Of a stretch of 64,000 nucleotides of DNA, positions 60,529 to 64,000 are shown in pieces. The translations under genes and the position numbers were made by a program. Each line of letters begins with the position of its first letter. The first letter of the stretch is position 1. A model generated the notes under the pieces. That model did no database searches. It was not told the origin of the DNA and was given only the letters and a program-made list of their open reading frames with translations. Source of the DNA: a virus (lineage: Duplodnaviria > Caudoviricetes); the IMG/VR virus record IMGVR_UViG_3300049141_000098, positions 96,001 through 160,000 of that record. One strand, given 5' to 3'.

Positions 60529-60663
60529 CTAGCAGCCTTTACAGTGCTCCCAGTCGCCACGCTGGACGCGCGGGCAATGCTCCTTGCAGTGCACGCGGAT
60601 GCGTTCACCGTCATAGTCTTCTCGCACTTCACAGGCACACCCCGGATCGTTCTCTCTCTCCAT
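60529..60663 (-). CDS. tiny Cys/His-rich peptide
   Basis: MERENDPGCACEVREDYDGERIRVHCKEHCPRVQRGDWEHCKGC; SD GGAAAGGG. Confidence 0.4.
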   Translation of the reverse strand: MERENDPGCACEVREDYDGERIRVHCKEHCPRVQRGDWEHCKGC

Positions 60664-60755
60664 GGGGTCACCCCTTTCCGAGCCCTTCACTGACGGCCAT
60701 CGTCAGGCGCAGCGTCACTGCGCGACCGGGCTGGCTGCCCGGTTTCGGCCTCGGG

Positions 60756-61139
60756 TCAGTCGCTCTTGGAGTCGATCTCGGCCACGCGTTTGGCCAGTCG
60801 AGTCACCTGGGTACGCGCATCCCTGACGGCTTCGTCGAGGACGTAGAGCAGTCCCTCACGCATCTGGTGGGGCGAGGTGATGTCGGCGCCATGCTCGACG
60901 CTTGCCAGTTCGACGCCATCCAGGGATACCGTGCCAACGAGGATCACGTCCTTGCTGCTGAACTCCAGGGCTTGGATGGCGCCCCGGTAGTACGGGACGT
61001 CGTCCTGCGTGGCCTGTCGGATGAGTACGTTGACCACGAAGCCCTTGTGCAAGAAGCGGGCTCGGCCGTCGATATCCCATCGGAAGCCGGGGTCGAGGTC
61101 CGGGCTCGGATGTAGCTGGCGCCAGCGCTGATCGGTCAC
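60756..61139 (-). CDS. hypothetical protein
   Basis: GTGA overlap. Confidence 0.65.
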   Translation of the reverse strand: MTDQRWRQLHPSPDLDPGFRWDIDGRARFLHKGFVVNVLIRQATQDDVPYYRGAIQALEFSSKDVILVGTVSLDGVELASVEHGADITSPHQMREGLLYVLDEAVRDARTQVTRLAKRVAEIDSKSD

Positions 61140-61456
61140 GACGCTTCCTCGCTGCCTTGGGGTACGGCCTTCCGCCCCTTTTCGGTGACGACCTTGTGGT
61201 TGTCCGGATCGAAGATCACGTAGTAGTAGTGCTCGTCCTCGCCGACGATCCAGCCGAGGACGTAGCGGCCGTCGTCCTTCTGGTGATCCTTGTCCAGTTC
61301 GCCCGCCAGGGACGTGAGACCGGACATGACGAACGTCCGATACCAGGCGTCTCGGGCGCGGTCTCGGGCCTCCTCGGGCGCTGTGTAGCCGTCGTACAGG
61401 TCGGTGGAGTCAACCACCAGCTTCTCGTAGTCGTTCGCCTGCTCGGTGCTGCTCAC
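61136..61456 (-). CDS. hypothetical protein
   Basis: GTGA overlap. Confidence 0.65.
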   Translation of the reverse strand: MSSTEQANDYEKLVVDSTDLYDGYTAPEEARDRARDAWYRTFVMSGLTSLAGELDKDHQKDDGRYVLGWIVGEDEHYYYVIFDPDNHKVVTEKGRKAVPQGSEEAS

Positions 61457-61794
61457 GCTCGTCCCCCTTTCCGCAGTTCCTCTTGAATCTCATCGGACGG
61501 CTCGATGTGAACGTCTCCTCCCGCGTCCCGGTTGGCCGCGAGGGGCATCCGGACCAGTTCCGTCATCGTCCACTGTGAGCCGATCGCCAACGGAAGCCCT
61601 TTCGAGTTCTCGTGGACGGGCACTCCGTCGGCGTCGTAGACGGTCCACACCCACGCCCCCAGAGCTGACCTGTTCCAGCCGGAGTACGAGCCTGCGGCGC
61701 GACCCAGCCAGGCGCCCTCCGGAATATCCAGGTCGGGAAACGCCTGCCGGATCTTCTCCAGCAGGCGCTCCGACACCTTCCGCCGAACCGTCAT
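61453..61794 (-). CDS. hypothetical protein
   Basis: ATGA overlap. Confidence 0.65.
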   Translation of the reverse strand: MTVRRKVSERLLEKIRQAFPDLDIPEGAWLGRAAGSYSGWNRSALGAWVWTVYDADGVPVHENSKGLPLAIGSQWTMTELVRMPLAANRDAGGDVHIEPSDEIQEELRKGGRA

Positions 61795-62123
61795 GACCGA
61801 GGGCGGCGTCCCATGGACGCAATCTCCTGGAGCATCTGCTCCTTCTCGGCCAGGATCTTCGCCCGGTCGAGGCCGAAGTGCTCGTAGATGAGGCGCGTCA
61901 GCTCCTCTCCTCGCACCGCTTGCACCGCAGTGCACTCTTCGGTGCCCTCGAAGACGGCAGCGCGCGTGGTCACCGTCTTGCCAAACTCGATGTCCCTGTC
62001 CTGTGCGAACTCCACGAAGGCGCGGATCGCATCGATCTGCCCGAGCACTTCGCGCTGCTTCTGGTGCTCTGGGTAGCGACTCGCAGGCCCCGTAGTGATG
62101 TCCACGTAGGCAGCCTCACTCAT
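61791..62123 (-). CDS. hypothetical protein
   Basis: SD GGAAAGGAGA. Confidence 0.65.
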   Translation of the reverse strand: MSEAAYVDITTGPASRYPEHQKQREVLGQIDAIRAFVEFAQDRDIEFGKTVTTRAAVFEGTEECTAVQAVRGEELTRLIYEHFGLDRAKILAEKEQMLQEIASMGRRPRS

Positions 62124-62158
62124 GGCTCTCTTCTCCTTTCCGTTAGGTGTCGCTTGGG

Positions 62159-62518
62159 TCAGCGATTCACGGCCGTGATGTGGCCGTAGCCGCTGATCCT
62201 TACCTCGATCCCAGCAGCATCCAGAGCAGCCCGGGTCTGCTGAATGAGGGCGTCACGCTCACCCTGTCGCACCTCGTCCGGGACGCCAGTGCGCCCGATG
62301 ATCGCGATGTCGATGACCTTGCCGCCCTCTTTCACTGCCGTCGGGAAGCTGTAGCCGGAATGAGTGCAGTAGAACCCCAGTTCGTCATCCCATCCGGTCT
62401 CGGCCTGTGGCACGTGTGCTGCGCTGAGGGCCTCGACCACATTGCTCCGGAAGAGCACACCCTTTGTGGCGACAGTCCGCATCATGCGCTCCGATGCCGC
62501 TTCGTACTCGTTGTTCAC
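62159..62518 (-). CDS. hypothetical protein
   Basis: SD GGGGAGAGGG. Confidence 0.6.
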   Translation of the reverse strand: MNNEYEAASERMMRTVATKGVLFRSNVVEALSAAHVPQAETGWDDELGFYCTHSGYSFPTAVKEGGKVIDIAIIGRTGVPDEVRQGERDALIQQTRAALDAAGIEVRISGYGHITAVNR

Positions 62519-62537
62519 GTCCCCTCTCCCCTTTTCG

Positions 62538-62885
62538 CTACAGGTACGTTGAGCCTGACCGCTGGTCGTTGCGGGCCTGATCCATCTGCTCCTCCTTGCT
62601 GAAGGGGCGGAACAGCCAAGCGGCAGCGAAGACAGCGGCGAAGGCGCAGCCCAAGACAACGGAACCGGTCAGGTTGGACAACTCGTCAGCGTGAGGGCTC
62701 TTGTCGGTAGCGAACGCGACGTACACCACCACCTGCAAGACACCGAAGGCAATGGCCGCCTTGATGTCGCCGCCCTTCTTCGTCTTCAGCGCTCGCCAGG
62801 CGAACGGCACCGCCAGCAGCAGTCCGGCCGAGAGGAACGGAATGAGTGCCGCGACGATCTGAGCCTTGCGAGTGTTCAGTCCCAT
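62538..62885 (-). CDS. membrane protein
   Basis: three hydrophobic segments. Confidence 0.65.
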   Translation of the reverse strand: MGLNTRKAQIVAALIPFLSAGLLLAVPFAWRALKTKKGGDIKAAIAFGVLQVVVYVAFATDKSPHADELSNLTGSVVLGCAFAAVFAAAWLFRPFSKEEQMDQARNDQRSGSTYL

Positions 62886-62999
62886 CACAGGGACCCCCCT
62901 TGAGTGTTCGCTGATTCTGGCGACGCGCGATCCAACGTCGTGCGCCGCCATGACATTCTGGCGTGAATTCAGCCCGAGGTAGGGCCGATCTCGCCTGGT

Positions 63000-63377
63000 T
63001 CAGGCTGGATCGACCCGAGGAGTGCGCGCGAAGTCCTTCAGGTCCGGTTGCGTTGCACCGTATGTTCGATCCCAGTAGGAACGAGGGGCGCTGTGCTGTA
63101 CGTACATCCAGACCCGGACGTTCGCGTAGATGACGGCCGTGAGGTCAACCAGTCCCGCGCAGACGACGCCATCCTGATCGAGGACGATCGCGTCCTCAGG
63201 GCTTGCCTTCCAGAGGCCCGCGCGCATCTCCTGGACGAGGTCGACGATGATGCCGCTGTCCCTCAGCCGCGTCTCCACGAACTCAAGAGGCACACCGGCC
63301 AGCCATCGTGCGGCCGTAGCAGGATCCACCAGCTCCCGGACCGCCTCGGCTCCCTCGCACATCTCGCCCTCACTCAT
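63000..63377 (-). CDS. hypothetical protein
   Basis: overlap coupling. Confidence 0.6.
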   Translation of the reverse strand: MSEGEMCEGAEAVRELVDPATAARWLAGVPLEFVETRLRDSGIIVDLVQEMRAGLWKASPEDAIVLDQDGVVCAGLVDLTAVIYANVRVWMYVQHSAPRSYWDRTYGATQPDLKDFARTPRVDPA

Positions 63378-63657
63378 CTCGGGCGAGAAGGGGACGTACC
63401 TCGCGCCCGGTTGGCGATCCAGGCTGCCATCCTGGAGGGTCGTCGTCGCGCAGCAACGCGCCAGCCAGGAGGCCAGCCAGCCGCAGCCGGAAGATTTCCT
63501 CCCAGTCCTCGGTGTCGTACTGCGTCAGCACGTCCTCGGGGGCGTACAGAACCGGTACGCCGAGGATCTCCAGTGCGACCACCGGGTTGCCCTTGCGGTC
63601 GGTCGTCTCACCGACCTGGATCAAGTCCTGGATCTCACGTACGTTGATCGATGCCAT
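63370..63657 (-). CDS. hypothetical protein
   Basis: SD GAGGAGAAGGGG. Confidence 0.65.
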   Translation of the reverse strand: MASINVREIQDLIQVGETTDRKGNPVVALEILGVPVLYAPEDVLTQYDTEDWEEIFRLRLAGLLAGALLRDDDPPGWQPGSPTGREVRPLLARDE

Positions 63658-63729
63658 CCCCTTCTCCTCTCCCTGTGCGGCCCGGCGGTCAGCGCGTGAA
63701 GTCTGCGCCGCCGGGCCGTCGTTGTGTAC

Positions 63730-63945
63730 TTACTGCCAGTCCGACGGGTGCTCGAATCCTGCCGTCAGGCTCTCGTCCAGCAGGGTGAAACCGTCGATGA
63801 ATGACCGAAAGTCCGGCGGGATCCGGTCGCCCTGATGGTGTTGCGCAAGATCCCGCAGGCTCACGAGGATCTTGTCGATCTGCTGCCGAGTGAGACCCTC
63901 GGTCTGCCCCTCGCGCAACTCCCGCTGAACTCTTCCCACCACCAT
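63730..63945 (-). CDS. small hypothetical protein
   Basis: GC3 bias. Confidence 0.55.
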   Translation of the reverse strand: MVVGRVQRELREGQTEGLTRQQIDKILVSLRDLAQHHQGDRIPPDFRSFIDGFTLLDESLTAGFEHPSDWQ

Positions 63946-64000
63946 GGCCGCGTCACTTCGCTTGCCGTTGTGTGCGACATCGACCCGGCCTGCGTAGGGC

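Noticed and set aside
9898-63647. Many long ORF-track entries on the strand opposite to called genes (e.g. 9898-10977, 11387-12421, 28150-29412, 46035-47285, 60099-61115)
   Set aside because: Typical high-GC antisense shadow frames with no motifs, SD or coupling

Overview
High-GC (roughly two-thirds by eye), actinomycete-type, probably Streptomyces, mobile DNA that looks like the replication/accessory arm of a large temperate phage or phage-plasmid. No host housekeeping synteny is seen. Left edge: a collagen-like tail-fibre-type gene and a minus-strand run of small hypothetical genes (vWA, DUF3307-like, HIT). 8.9-15.1 kb: candidate origin, two HTH initiator-like genes, DnaB helicase, a degenerate DnaB-like gene and a primase. 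18-26.8 kb: plasmid-like cargo with a RelE-type TA pair, an apparently catalytically dead tyrosine recombinase, GntR/XRE regulators, a 26-31 bp inverted repeat, and a second iteron-type replicon (five 22-bp iterons, four CACTGTT-N9-AACAGTG sites, two RepL/MarR-like HTH genes). 27-34.7 kb: an operon of unknown function and a second TA pair. 34.85-37.9 kb: a tRNA array, which is the main find. Beside six canonical tRNAs (Trp, Pro, Arg, Lys, Gln, Asn) and a degenerate Phe it holds five tRNA-shaped elements that keep acceptor, D and T arms but lack a normal anticodon arm: one with three hairpins replacing the anticodon loop, one remodelled, two tandem circularly permuted modules with the acceptor stem closed by a tetraloop, and one with a 5-nt loop plus a 51-nt variable arm. 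Other multi-stem RNA candidates lie in the spacers. The remainder is dense phage-like small genes (cold-shock protein, dCMP deaminase, MmcB-like, DUF6582-like, endonuclease VII, DGQHR/ParB-like), a recurrent GGCCTAGGCC intergenic palindrome and a perfect 34-bp palindrome. All family calls are from motif recognition by eye; no database searches or folding software were run.
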